A DNA stretch of 40,673 nt, from the NCBI RefSeq assembly GCF_001194135.2, contig NC_068989.1:33295270-33335942 (forward strand). The letters run 5' to 3'. Shown in pieces: positions 1 to 12,034 of the stretch. Source of the DNA: Octopus bimaculoides (taxonomy: Eukaryota). Under the pieces are notes generated by a model. It saw nothing but the letters and a program-made list of their open reading frames with translations, was not told the DNA's origin and ran no database searches. Numbering within the stretch: the first letter of the stretch is position 1; each line of letters starts with the position of its first letter. The position numbers and the translations under genes were made by a program.

Positions 1-479
1 TGTGTGATGTTTTGTATGTGTATATACGTATATGTATGTATATGTGTATATATATGTTTATATATGTGTATATATATGTATGTATGTACGTATATGTGTG
101 TGTGTGTATGTATATCATCGTTCATCGTTTAACGTCCGCTTTCCATGCTAGCATGGGTTGGACGATTTGACTGAGGACTGGTGCAACCAGATGGCTACAC
201 CAGGCTCCAATCTAATTTGGCAGAGTTTCTACAGCTGGATGCCCTTCCTAACGCCAACCACTCAGAGAGTGTAGTGGGTGCTTTTACGTGTCACCCGCAC
301 GAAAACGGCCACGCTCGAAATGGTGTCTTTTATGTGCCACCCGCACAAGAGTCGTGTGTGTGTGATGTTTTGTATGTACATGTATATATATGTATATATG
401 TATGTGTGTATGGTGTTTTGTATGTGTATATGTATATATAATTTTATAATATATTTAAAACAGTTTTTTTAATATATTG

Positions 480-527
<48 letters not shown>

Positions 528-690
528 GGATGTATGTGCGTGTGTGTGTATAAGTGTGTGTGTGTGTATGTGTTTGTATGTGTTTATGGCTTGTGAATTT
601 TGCTTGTTTGTGTATGCATGTGAGCGTGCACGTGTGTGCGAGCATGAACGTGTGTGTGTGTGTATACGGGCGCACACGCGGATGCGTGCA
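1..690. repeat. Compound (TA)n/(TG)n/(TATG)n microsatellite tract interrupted by an RTE 3' tail
   Basis: Seen directly in the sequence. Confidence 0.9.
114..349 (-). mobile_element. RTE-LINE 3' tail (5'-truncated copy or RTE-derived SINE)
   Basis: Reverse complement of 21826-22069, which lies downstream of an RTE RT ORF; ends in a (GAT)n tail. Confidence 0.85.
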
Positions 691-955
691 TGTAGGTAAT
701 AGCGTTCTTTTTGCTAAAACTTTAAAAATTTTGTTCCGTTTTTGTAATTATGAAATTTTTTCGCCATGAGCGGTTTGTANNNNNNNNNNNNNNNNNNNNC
801 GTAACTCCTTTATTAATATAACCAAAAGGATCGATTCTTGAAGAGTCTACATACCTTCACCGTCATTTTTTTTCTGCTATTTTGGTAATGATTTTTTGAG
901 TTAGCTTACCAATTATTTTTGTTGGTAGTTAATTTATAATATATTGATATATATA

Positions 956-1015
956 TGGCGGTGCCCCAGCATGGCCACAGCTCATGAGCTGAAACTAGAT
1001 AAAATGAAAATGAAA
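956..1015 (+). mobile_element. 3' end fragment of the tRNA-derived SINE family
   Basis: gcggtgccccagcatggccacag..gaaac matches the ends of the copies at 19527-19870 and 32106-32460. Confidence 0.6.
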
Positions 1016-1040
1016 TATGTGTGTGTGTGTGTGTGTGTGT

Positions 1041-1083
<43 letters not shown>

Positions 1084-1236
1084 CAGGTATATAGATATGT
1101 ATATGTTGATATGTATATGTTGATATGTATATATAGTTACGTATATCTTTGTGTGAATATGTATGGAAATGTATATATATGTGTGTATGTATGTATATAC
1201 ATATATATATATATATGTATATATATATACGTATAT

Positions 1237-1602
1237 ATCATCATCATCATCATCATTTAACGTCTGCTTTCCATGCTAGCATGGGTTGGACGATTTGACT
1301 GAGGACTGCCAAACCGGATGGCTGCACCAGGCTCCAATCTGATCTGGCAGAGTTTCTACAGCTGGATGCCTTTCCGAGCGTCAACCACTCTGAGAGTGCA
1401 GTGGGTACTTTTACGTGCCACCGGCACGAAGGCCAGTCTGGCAGTACTGGCAATGGCCACACTCAAATGCTGTTTTTTACGTGCCACCTGCACAGGAGTC
1501 AGTCCAGCAGCACTGGCAACAACCTCACTCAAATGTCTTGTTCACGTGCCAGTAAGGTGATGCTGGTAACGATCACGCTCAAATGGTGCTTTTTACGTGC
1601 CA
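1237..1602 (-). mobile_element. RTE 3' UTR/tail containing about four 55-70 bp tandem subrepeats
   Basis: Same tail as 114-349; the unit ttttacgtgcca...cactcaaatg recurs through 1390-1602. Confidence 0.8.
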
Positions 1603-2134
1603 TATATATATATATACAGTGTGTCATGTGAATTTATGAAAAGATATCCCGTAAAACTCAACAAATTTGTGAACAATGGAGAAGAGATGTTGAAATTTAA
1701 GAGAATTTTAATCCATGCATGCAATCATTTCAAACAGCGATATTAAAATCATACAAATTTAATTCAACTAAATATATTGCTGTTATCCTCAGTGCAAGAA
1801 GTATAAACAAAAAATTATTATGAAGGACTTGATACAGGAAATATCAGGGAATGATTTTGGACATTCATATTTATGCTTATTTGAAATTCGAGCATTATAA
1901 CAACTAATGTGAGGTATAAACTAAAACTAAGGCAACTAACTGTTATTTGAAAATATAAGTGTAAAAGGTTATATGAGACATTCCATCTATAGCAGAGTAT
2001 GGAAATAAGTTGTTCTAACTCCAAATAAGTCGTATATACGGAAGAAGTTTAATAGAGATATCCAATGGAAAAGCATAGTTATGTTTGAATTGGGATATGA
2101 CCTGACAGTTAAAAGTCAATACTAGGTGTGGAGT

Positions 2135-3815
2135 CATAGCCCAACTTGGTAGGGAGAGAGTTAGCTTAGATGGGATGCAGTTTGGTTTTGTGCTTGGAAG
2201 ATGCTATATTTCTGGTAAGGCAGCAGCAGGAGAAATACATAGCCAAAAATAAACCTCTGTACTTGGCTGTTGTTGATTTGGAGAAAGCTTTGACAGGGTC
2301 CCCCGATCCCTTATCCAGTGGTCAATGCAGAGACTAGGGATTGACGAATGGTTGGTGAAAGCTGTACAAGCTATGTATAGGGATGCTACCAGTAAGGTGA
2401 GGGTTGGCAATGAGTACAGTGAAGAATTCAGGGTACAAGTAAGGGTTCACCAAGGATTGGTACTCAGCTCCCTCTTTTTTATGGTAGTCCTCCAGGCAAT
2501 AACAGAGGAATTCAAGGCAGGCTGCCCCTGAGAGCTCCTCTATGCTGATGACCTTGCTCTTATAGCTGAATCACTACCTGAACTAGAGAAGTTGCAGGCA
2601 TGGAAGCAAAGTCTACAATCAAAGGGCCTTAGAGTTAACCTTGCAAAAATCAAAGTCGTAGTGTGTAGGAAGGCAGACAAATCACAAATGCCTTCAGGTA
2701 GTTGGCCCTGCTTAATTTGTAGAAAAGGTGTAGGTAGAAACGCCATAAGATGCACCCAGTGTAAACTGTGGACACATAAAAGGTGCAGCAATATAAAGGG
2801 AAGGTTAACAGGGAAACTAGCTTTCATATGCAGAATATGCACAGGTACAATAAATGCTGAAAATGGGCAGAAAATAGACTCCATCAATTGCCAGGTGGGG
2901 AGGTGACCGAGAGTGTAGCTGTGAGAATAAGATTAGGATGGGAAAAGTTCAGAGAGCTTATACCCCTGCTGACAACAAAAGGCCCCTCTCTCAGAGTGAA
3001 AGGCAGATTGTATGATGTCTGTGAGCAAACAGCTATGCTGCATAGCAGTGAAACATGGGCTGTGACAGCTAAGAACATGTGTAGGCTTGAAAGAAATGAA
3101 GCCAGGATGTACACTGTCAGTGTGCATGTTCGACAGAGTGTAGGCATCTTGAGAGGGAAGTTAGGCATAAGAGGCATCAGATGTGGTGTGCAAGAGAGAC
3201 AACTGTGTTAGCATGGTCATCTGATGCATATGGATGAGGACAGCTGTGTAAAGAAGTGCCAATCTCTAACTGTGGATGGAACCTGTAGTAGAGGTAGATC
3301 CAGGAAGACATGGAATGAGATAGTGAAGCATGATCTTCGAATTTTGAGCATCACAGAGGCAACAACTAGTGACCAAGACCTTTGGTGATGTGCTGTGCTT
3401 GAGAGGATCCGTCAAGCCAAATGTACCCGTGCTGGTGGCATGTAAAGAACACCTTTTGAGCATTGGGAATGATAGAGGCAAAGTGGCTGAGTTTCTTTTG
3501 AGTGTTGGGCCTCATGGAAACAATGACTGAGATCTTTGGCATTATGACGTGCTTGAGAAGACCCATCAAGCCAAGCAAAATCACAGTCATGGCAGATACC
3601 TGTGTCACACTAATTGGTACCTGTTCCGGTGGCATGTAAAAGCACCCCAGTGTCACGCAAATGGCAACCTTGCTGGTGGCACGTACAAACACCCATTACA
3701 CTCTTGGAGTGGTTGGCATTAGGAAGGGCATCCAGCCATAGAAAACCATGCCAAATCAGACTGGAGTCTGGTGCAGCCTTCCATCGTGCCAGCCCGGTCA
3801 AACAAGAGTGCAAAA
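2135..3815 (+). mobile_element. Decayed RTE-clade LINE: RT domain, PHD-finger insert, C-terminal domain and 3' UTR
   Basis: MQFGF, LYLAVVDLEKA, HQG.VLS.L.F, YADD (2541-2552), GLRVN..K.KV, SETWA and RLERNE motifs, with stops and frameshifts. Confidence 0.92.
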
Positions 3816-4097
3816 AGTATTAGTCGAAGGAAAATGCTGTAGCAGAGCGAGGGTGACTTATATCAGGGAGGGTGAGAACAATGTTATGTAAGTGAGAAAT
3901 ATTGAGTGGCAATGAGATGATAACGTTAATACAGCTGTCATAAACATGCAACACTGCATACATACTTTCGTAAATACATAGATGCAACGCACACACAGAG
4001 AAAGGTGGGTGTGAGGAATACATAGCTTTAAGGAAAAAGGAGGTAGGTGGCTTTCTGATGTCTATCACGAAAAAAACACTCACACAGACACACATAC

Positions 4098-4132
<35 letters not shown>

Positions 4133-6070
4133 NNNNNNNNNNNNNNNNNNNNCGTTAATACAGCTGTCATAAACATGCAACACTGCATACATACTTTCGT
4201 AAATACATAGATGCAACGCACACACAGAGAAAGGTGGGTGTGAGGAATACATAGCTTTAAGGAAAAAGGAGGTAGGTGGCTTTCTGATGTCTATCACGAA
4301 AAAAACACTCACACAGACACACATACATACATACATACATCTACTATGTCCCATTTTAAACTTGTAATTACTTATGTGTACATTTGTGAGTGTGTGTGTG
4401 TGTATGACATATAACTATCTATCTCTCTCTACTTTTGTAGGGTCTTCCCTGTTGCTGTCACATATTGTAAGATTTTAAAATTATATCAAAATTTTCAAAT
4501 TTGGTATATTGAAATAATTTTCCACATTAAATCTGATTTTGTTAGTTATTTGTCCCAGAAAAATTGCAGTAAAATGTTACTGAGGTTTAAAGTTAAATCA
4601 ATTTTACCTAATCAGAAAATAAGATTTGGAAGCTGGCATTTTCTACATAATAGCTGGCATTTTCTGCTTGATAGCTGTCTATCACAAAATGAAAGCAAAA
4701 TCATTAGGAGGAAGAATTTTTATTAAACAAACCAAAACAAAACATTATGGCGACCAAAGGTGTAAGAACTTCTGAAGTTTTAATGAATAAAGTCACGTGA
4801 AATGGTTGAATAAATATGTAAATAATTTAAAAAGGAAAAAAATCTTCAACCAAGTGTTTTGCAAAAAAATTGCACAAATCTGTCCTGATCAAGAAGCCTA
4901 TCTGTCGGGGAAGGCATGGTCTGATGACAAAAATTTATATAAGACATTCTATTGTAAAAATTGCTAGTATATATCTTAATATATAAAGCTGAAGTTGTGT
5001 GTCTGTGTGAAGCCTTTTTAAAAGTTTATAGAAATCCACATTTTCCTCTTTTTTGTAAAAAATTTTACATCAATGGAATTTTCTCGATCTGAACTTTCCA
5101 GTGCAGTAATTAGATTTTTAAAATTCCGTTTACTTTGTGTGATTTAAGGGAGATTTGGCTGTTGTTTCTAGCAACTTTTATATTTCTTCCCTTCTACCTG
5201 GACGGGCGTTCTTACACACGCACTCAACATAAAAACATAGAGAGTAAGAGTAAAAAGAGGGAGAGAGAGAGAGAAAGTGATACATACATAGTCATAGATT
5301 AAACTTTCTTCTCAGTTCTCTTTACCTATTTTTCATAACATTGATACGTAAAAACACACACAACCACACATACGTAATCTGTGACAACAACATACACATT
5401 GCTCCCGTTCTCTATCTCCCCCTCTTCCTCTCTCGCTCTCTCAAACGCATACACGTACAAGTAAACACAATCATTCACGTTCGTCAATGTGGCATAACTA
5501 CAGAGTTGTACCCACCAAATTTGGAAGGTCATAACTTTGAGAAAAATGAATATTCTTTTATGAAATTTTCTATGCATATATTATTTATTATGTAGATTCT
5601 GAATATACAAAAATTTTCGGTGAAAGTGTTTTGGGAGGGGGTGGGGAACAATTTTCGGAAATTCCACTTAAATTCCTCTTAACTTCCAGGAAAATGAATA
5701 TTTTTTCGTGAAATTTTCTACAAATATACCTTGATGTATGTACATTTCGAGCATGTAGGAATTTTGAAGGAAACAACTGCAGGTTATTTTTGAGAAGTGT
5801 TCCCCACTCGGTGTTTCGGAGCAAGTCGTCCATATTTGTTTCATTTTTCTCTATTATGTGCGTAAGTGCATCCATAGACTTCTAATGAAGTAATAGGCAG
5901 TGAAGAGAAACCGTCATAAGAAAAATTTTAACTACCTCTATTCCTTTCTCCCCCTCTCTCTACCTCTTCCTCTCTCGCTCCTTCAAACGCATACACGTGC
6001 AAGTACACAATCATTCAGTAAAATATAACTCATGTTCGTCAATGTTTTATAAATATACCACAATTTTCAC

Positions 6071-6271
6071 TAGGGTGTTAGGGTTAGGGTTTTAGGGTCA
6101 GGGTTAGGGTTTAGGGTTAGGGTTAGGATTAGTGTTACAGTTACGGTTTAAGGATCAGGGTTAGGGTTTAGGGTTACGGTTAAGGTTAGGATTAATGTTA
6201 CGGTTACAGTTTTAGGGTCAGGGTTAGGGTTTAGGGTTAATGTTAGGGTTAGTGTTAGGATTAGGGTTAGG
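6071..6271 (+). repeat. Interstitial degenerate telomere-like (TTAGGG/TTTAGGG)n array
   Basis: Seen directly; variant units include TTAGGA, TTACGG and TCAGGG. Confidence 0.9.
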
Positions 6272-6811
6272 TAATTGTGCGGGTGTTAATCTGAAAAATT
6301 ACAGATATGTGAAAAGTACCGACCCTGCCATCTATTATAACTTTTGTTGTTCTGCTTAATATATACATAGATTATGCCTCCAAAGAAGAGAGTTTGCTGG
6401 GGAAAGAAAGCAACCGGTTTAAAATGACAGCAACAGACTGCAGCAATTCACCACATTCCAGAAGCTACTTTGAACATAATGCAAAATGGTGCATCAATAT
6501 CTTCTGCCTAATCTGATAGAATTGTGGCAAAACTGTGTAGCAACAGATCGCCAGCAATTGCTTCATTACAAATTTCCGTCCTAGCTCCTGCGAAAAGGGA
6601 TTATCCTGCTATGTATAATCAGGGTAGCACAAAAACTTGTTTTGCACAAGCATTTGTATAGCCGATTAGATGGATGAAATTTACGTACGCTTAATAATGT
6701 TACGCAAAACAGCCTTCAGACTTTCCCTATTAATTTCATTGTCTTTTGAATTATGAACATATTTACATCATAAGGGTTTTTTCGTTGTAAGACTTTCTTT
6801 TTTAGTTGATT

Positions 6812-7502
6812 NNNNNNNNNNNNNNNNNNNNNNNNNNNNNNNNNNNNNNNNNNNNNNNNNNNNNNNNNNNNNNNNNNNNNNNNNNNNNNNNNNNNNNNNN
6901 NNNNNNNNNNNNNNNNNNNNNNNNNNNNNNNNNNNNNNNNNNNNNNNNNNNNNNNNNNNNNNNNNNNNNNNNNNNNNNNNNNNNNNNNNNNNNNNNNNNN
7001 NNNNNNNNNNNNNNNNNNNNNNNNNNNNNNNNNNNNNNNNNNNNNNNNNNNNNNNNNNNNNNNNNNNNNNNNNNNNNNNNNNNNNNNNNNNNNNNNNNNN
7101 NNNNNNNNNNNNNNNNNNNNNNNNNNNNNNNNNNNNNNNNNNNNNNNNNNNNNNNNNNNNNNNNNNNNNNNNNNNNNNNNNNNNNNNNNNNNNNNNNNNN
7201 NNNNNNNNNNNNNNNNNNNNNNNNNNNNNNNNNNNNNNNNNNNNNNNNNNNNNNNNNNNNNNNNNNNNNNNNNNNNNNNNNNNNNNNNNNNNNNNNNNNN
7301 NNNNNNNNNNNNNNNNNNNNNNNNNNNNNNNNNNNNNNNNNNNNNNNNNNNNNNNNNNNNNNNNNNNNNNNNNNNNNNNNNNNNNNNNNNNNNNNNNNNN
7401 NNNNNNNNNNNNNNNNNNNNNNNNNNNNNNNNNNNNNNNNNNNNNNNNNNNNNNNNNNNNNNNNNNNNNNNNNNNNNNNNNNNNNNNNNNNNNNNNNNNN
7501 NN
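6812..7502. other. Assembly gap (691 N). Other gaps: 780-799, 4133-4152, 12465-13091, 17801-18051, 21361-21819, 29548-29691
   Basis: Runs of N. Confidence 1.
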
Positions 7503-7789
7503 GATCGCAACAACAAAGTATTCAAACAGGGAAGTAAATGTTCATAGATGGAGATTATGTCCAGTCTCAATTCTTTCAAGGTAGGTGGTGAACGGTCCGA
7601 CCCGTATGCAGCTCCGTCTCTCGTTTTTCGTACTATTATAGGGTATACATAACAATAGATAAGATCTATGCATGTATGTATGTATGCATGTGGTTCCCTA
7701 TAGTGATGGTCATTACTCATCATCAGCATTTAACATCCATGTTCCATGCTGGCACATTGAGTCCTCTTGATTTGAGGTTTTGTCTCTAG

Positions 7790-8420
7790 GATTGGAACCT
7801 CTTTTCTAATTTTACTGCAGATTCAGCTTCCTCAGTTGCCTCTAGATTACAGAGCAGGGTACCTTATCAAGGCCTTCTCAAGCCCAACAAAAGCCAAGTA
7901 TCAGGACTTATTCTTGCAGTTGTCTTCCTAGGAAGATGACATCAGTAGTACTTCTTCCTGGCACAAAACCAAACTGCTTAGTGTATACATTAACTCTCTA
8001 ATGTGCTGTTACTTGCTGTAAATATCTCTGTAACCTTCATAACCTAATCCAGTAGTTTAACATCTCTGTAGTTTGCACTCACTGATGTATCACCATTACC
8101 TTTGTAGCAGCTAGTGATTATATTGTCACCAGTCATAGGATATGACACCCTCCTGTGCTACCTCATCTACTATGCAGGTGGGCGGATCAAGTCTGTGTCT
8201 CAAAGATTTTATGCATCTTGTCATCCCACTCTGAAAATTCTCTCTAGAGGTCCCAATTTTCATGTCCATATTATTTTATTGCAACTTCCAAGATACTTGT
8301 TCTCAGTACCCTGGGGTATTGCTCCTATCTTTGCCCACTGAATACTGTGATCTCACTGCTAAATGTGAGGCAATCCAGCTATTATGCATCAAGGATGTTG
8401 CTTTTTTGCAATATCAGGCT
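7790..8420 (-). mobile_element. Old RTE RT-domain fragment
   Basis: Minus-strand translation gives remnants DW..I..CYKG.GD...ANYR.VKLLD.VMKV, QFGFVPGRSTTD.IF and LAFVGLEKA. Confidence 0.75.
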
Positions 8421-9658
8421 TTCATTATGTGAAATATCTGAATGTTCTGAGATTCACCTCCTTGGATTGAAAAAGATAATTTGCTTTGAATCTTAAATTT
8501 TTGAGAGACTGGTACCAAATTTTGATACTGAAATGTAAAATTGTGCAGGAAGTTGTACTTTTTTCAGTCTTTGTCCAAATAAGATATTGCAATAGCTTAG
8601 GATTCAACAGACAAAAGCTTTTTAATACTGTTTCACAAAAGGAAATGTTTGGACATTCATCTATGTAAGACTACTGGTGAAGAACCGACTCACAATTGAA
8701 GAACAAAGGCTGCAATACACTAGCCTAACCCCAGCCTACTGTTTGTGATCAATAAAAAAAAATCTTCGTTTACAAAAAGTAGCCTCAGTGGATACCAAGT
8801 TCTAAACTACAATTCAAATAGTATTGTTTGGAGTTGAACACTAGAATTAAGCAATCTTCTGAGTGAGAAACAAAGTTTGGCCTCATTGTAGAAAAGTATT
8901 TCTGTTTGCACCATGTATGTTTAATTTTTCTAATGTTTATTGAGTAAATAAATGTCTCTGGATTTTTCTTTTGATTTTCAAGCATAATGGAAATTGCAGT
9001 GATTTCAAATTTTGTGATGTCATTTATTAATGATTATTTATTACTAATTTAATTTTTGATTTAATTTGAGAAAGAGGGTTTGAACTTGGGATAAAATCGT
9101 GATGTATTGAAGATTTCTTTTAAAAAAAGCCCCCAAAAAGCCCCATTAATTTACTGATATCTTTAAAAGTAGAATCTTTGCATGCTGGTGGGTTTATGAG
9201 AAGAATGTAATTATTGTAAAAAGAGAAATAGCTCTAATTTATTGGGCCTTACAAAACTTTTGAATGAAGGACATGAAATCATATCTTGGAATGCTTTTTC
9301 TAATGGGTGTTGTATAGCTTCCAAGTTACAGAGATTTGCTTGAGAACAAAATCAACTTTGAGACAAGAAATCAATGCCCAGAAATTGCTATTTTGTGAAT
9401 ATATGTGAAAACACCTATGCGTAATCAACTTACCTGTATTTATCCTACCTGAGATGTACAAAATGACCTGACTACTGTTAAAAAACCAACAATCATCAAA
9501 TTTCATCCAAATTCATGCAGTAATTATATTTTTATAATATTTATACTGGACTAACTGCATTTCATCAAAATTTCTAGCTTCTAAAAGGATTGAGAGATTC
9601 ATATAGAGAGTTGAACCATTATATATTACTTAAATATGTATTTTTGTCTTATTTCCAG

Positions 9659-9802
9659 GTTTTATGTTTAGTGAACATGAGGCTACAGCTTTGATTCAAC
9701 TAGAAGGTGGTCCTTGTGCTGTGATAGCACCTGTTCAGACTTTTATTCTAAAACATGCTCTGTTTTGCTCTGAAGAAGCCAATGGTGACCTTAATGTTTC
9801 AG
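9659..9802 (+). CDS. MINDY3: MINDY3 coding exon (probable exon 2): (G)FMFSEHEATALIQLEGGPCAVIAPVQTFILKHALFCSEEANGDLNVS; catalytic Cys codon at 9715-9717
   Basis: Acceptor ttatttccag, donor G/gtaaat, phase 1 to 1; EGGPC catalytic motif. Confidence 0.95.
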
Positions 9803-9982
9803 GTAAATCATTATCCTTCTCTTTGCTGAAGTTTGAAAATATTTTTAATTCACCTTATAAAGATATCTCTATATTTTCCCATTTTCTGGCTTCCTGCTAT
9901 GTCTCTCTTTAATTCATTTGGTTTTCATGTTGGCTAACTTTAACTACTTACTGTTAATACTATCTCAAGGTTTTAACTTATA

Positions 9983-11172
9983 TTGGGTAGGTAAGAAAGT
10001 AATTTCAGTATTTTAGTATGAAATAAAAGTAATTTTTTTTTTTTTTCAAACAAAGAATGTACTTTAATCAATTATACATTTTCTATTTTGTTCGATGACC
10101 TTTTGCCATCTTTCTGGCAACTTCATGATTCGCGCTCATAGAACTTTTGGTCCTTAGCCAAAAACTGAAGCAAATGTGATTTCAGGTCATCATCATTATT
10201 GAAAGTTTTGCCATTCAAAGAATTTTGCAAACTTCGAAATAAATGGTAATCTGATGGTGCAAGGTCAGGGCTTTATAGTGGATGTGACATCACTTCCCAA
10301 CCGAGCTCCAATAATTTTTCATGAGTTAGCAAAGACGTATGTGGTCGAGCATTGTCATGATGGAACATGATTCCTTTATGATTTGCCAATTCTGGTTGTT
10401 TTTCTTTGATTGCTTCCTCCAGTTTCATTAGTTGTTGACAGTAAACATCTGAATTGATCGTTTGGTTCCTTGGAAGCAACTCAAAATACACAACACCTTT
10501 GTAATCCCACCAAATTGACAGCATGACCTTTTTTGATGCAATTCAGCTTTCGATGTGGTTCATGCTGGTTCATTATGCTTGGACCATGATCGTTTTTGAT
10601 TGATATTATTATAGACAATCCATTTTTTCATCATTAGTGATAATTTGTTTCAAAAAATAGGTTGATTTCATTGCATTTGAGATGCATATTGCAAATATTG
10701 ATTTGTTGGGTTAAGTGAATCTCTTTTAATTTATATGGGACCCAAATATCGAGCTTCTTAATGAGTCCAAGACATTTTAAATGATTTTGAATTGGGTGTG
10801 ATACATTTAACCTTTCTGCAATCTCTCACACAGTTGTATGACAATCAGATTCAATTATGGCTTTGATTTGGTCATCATCAACTTCAGTAGGTCGACCAGA
10901 ATGTCGGTCATCTTAGAGTAAAAAATTTCCAGAACGGAATTTTTTAAACCATTTCTGATATGTGCGTTCTGTTAAGCAATCAACACCATAAACTTCACAT
11001 ATCTGTTTGTGAGCCTCTGCAGCTTTCTTGGCCTTCACAGAAATATAAAAAAGTAAGCTAAAAGTAATGACTATCAAATGTCAAAAGTATAAAAATCATA
11101 ATATTTAAAGTCATTAAAAAAAAAATCCTTACTTTATTTGTGTAAAACGAAATTACTTTCTTGCCAACTCAA
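9983..11172 (-). mobile_element. Near full-length defective mariner (D,D34D) transposon
   Basis: TIRs TTGGGTAGGTAAGAAAGTAATTTC (9983) and TTGAGTTGGCAAGAAAGTAATTTC (minus strand, ending 11172); TA at the left end; transposase remnant SIWWDYKG..HDNARPH..HPL*SPDLAPSDY with an in-frame stop. Confidence 0.92.
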
Positions 11173-11742
11173 AACATTCCAACAATCCAATGCTTCCCTT
11201 TACATGTAATCAAAACTGTCTTTCTGCTGCCAACAGTAGAATAAATTCCAAATTATTAGCTGTTAACAACTTCCCAAAACTTTCACCTCCTCCTCTATAA
11301 TCCTCACACCTGATATTGCAGTTTCAAATTAGCATAAGGGAGGATCCTTCTGCATACTGTTAACACACGCTGATCTGATTATGAGCCAGTGGTAGCCCTC
11401 AGCAGACAGCTAACACAATATTTTACCAGCCTAATCCACTCCACAGATAGCAACCATTGGATTTGAATCAGACAGTTAGAATGGGCTTTACTTATTCACT
11501 TACAACCAACATTACAAAGAAGCAAACATTAGATTAATTGGGAAAGTTTCTTTAACTTTTCTAATACATTCTTTAATGCATTTCTTGGTGAAATTTTATC
11601 CTAAGTTCAAGCCCTCTTTCTCAAATTAAATCCCTAGAAGATTAGAAACAAATAGCACTGCTTGTATGACTGTGACATTCATTTACATATATCGCACGAT
11701 GTCAAGACATGGAAACACACTCACACTATCACAATATATATA

Positions 11743-12021
11743 CACTTTGGAACCTTGGTTTACAAATCTATTTCATTCCTGAAGGTCATTGGTCACTTGA
11801 AATGTTCATAAACTGAAACTATTTTTCCCTTTGGAAATTCAAGAGAAGGCAACTGATCCTCTCCTGCTGATACTCTCAGCTTGTCACCAACCATTGTTGC
11901 CAGCTTATGTGTTTGTTACTTAAGACACTGTTTCTGACTCAAAATGTTTTATATTTGAAAAATTGTTTGTAAGTTGATTTGTTTGCAATGAGAGACATTC
12001 GTAAATTGGGGTTCCATTGTG
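11743..12021. mobile_element. pogo/Tigger-like MITE
   Basis: Imperfect TIRs CACTTTGGAACCTTGGTTTACAAAT and CACAATGGAACCCCAATTTACGAAT, with TA on both sides. Confidence 0.65.
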
Positions 12022-12034
12022 TATATTATATATA

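Larger units (their letters stand above)
4974..7665. mobile_element. Possible Helitron-like composite region
   Basis: A/TC-type AT-rich 5'-like ends at 4974 (+, TCTTAATATATAAAG) and 6371 (-, TCTATGTATATATTAAG); CTAG/T at 4964-4968; internal duplication 5420-5490 vs 5965-6050. No Rep or helicase motif found. Confidence 0.3.

Noticed and set aside
181-1260. Cys/Val/Tyr/Ile- or His/Thr-rich ORFs
   Set aside because: They are translations of (TA)n/(TG)n microsatellites and RTE tails.
3924-4340. Exact ~187-bp tandem duplication (3924-4110 and 4153-4340)
   Set aside because: The copies are identical and sit either side of a 20-N placeholder next to a (TA)n run, which is the usual signature of overlapping contig ends (assembly artefact).
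4748-4770. aaacattATGGCGACCAAAGGT/GTAAGA as a possible first exon
   Set aside because: The strong donor gives phase 0, whereas exon 9659 needs phase 1, and there is no MINDY3 similarity.
6374-6810. MPPKKRVCWG... as MINDY3 exon 1 (WG motif) or a Helitron ORF start
   Set aside because: There is a stop after 17 codons, no RWxQ motif or suitable donor, and no recognisable Rep/helicase motif.
6716-7729. Long ORFs in the track here and at 12365-13157, 17532-18522, 21043-21993 and 29474-29828
   Set aside because: Their length comes from reading through N gaps; only the TE-derived flanks carry signal.
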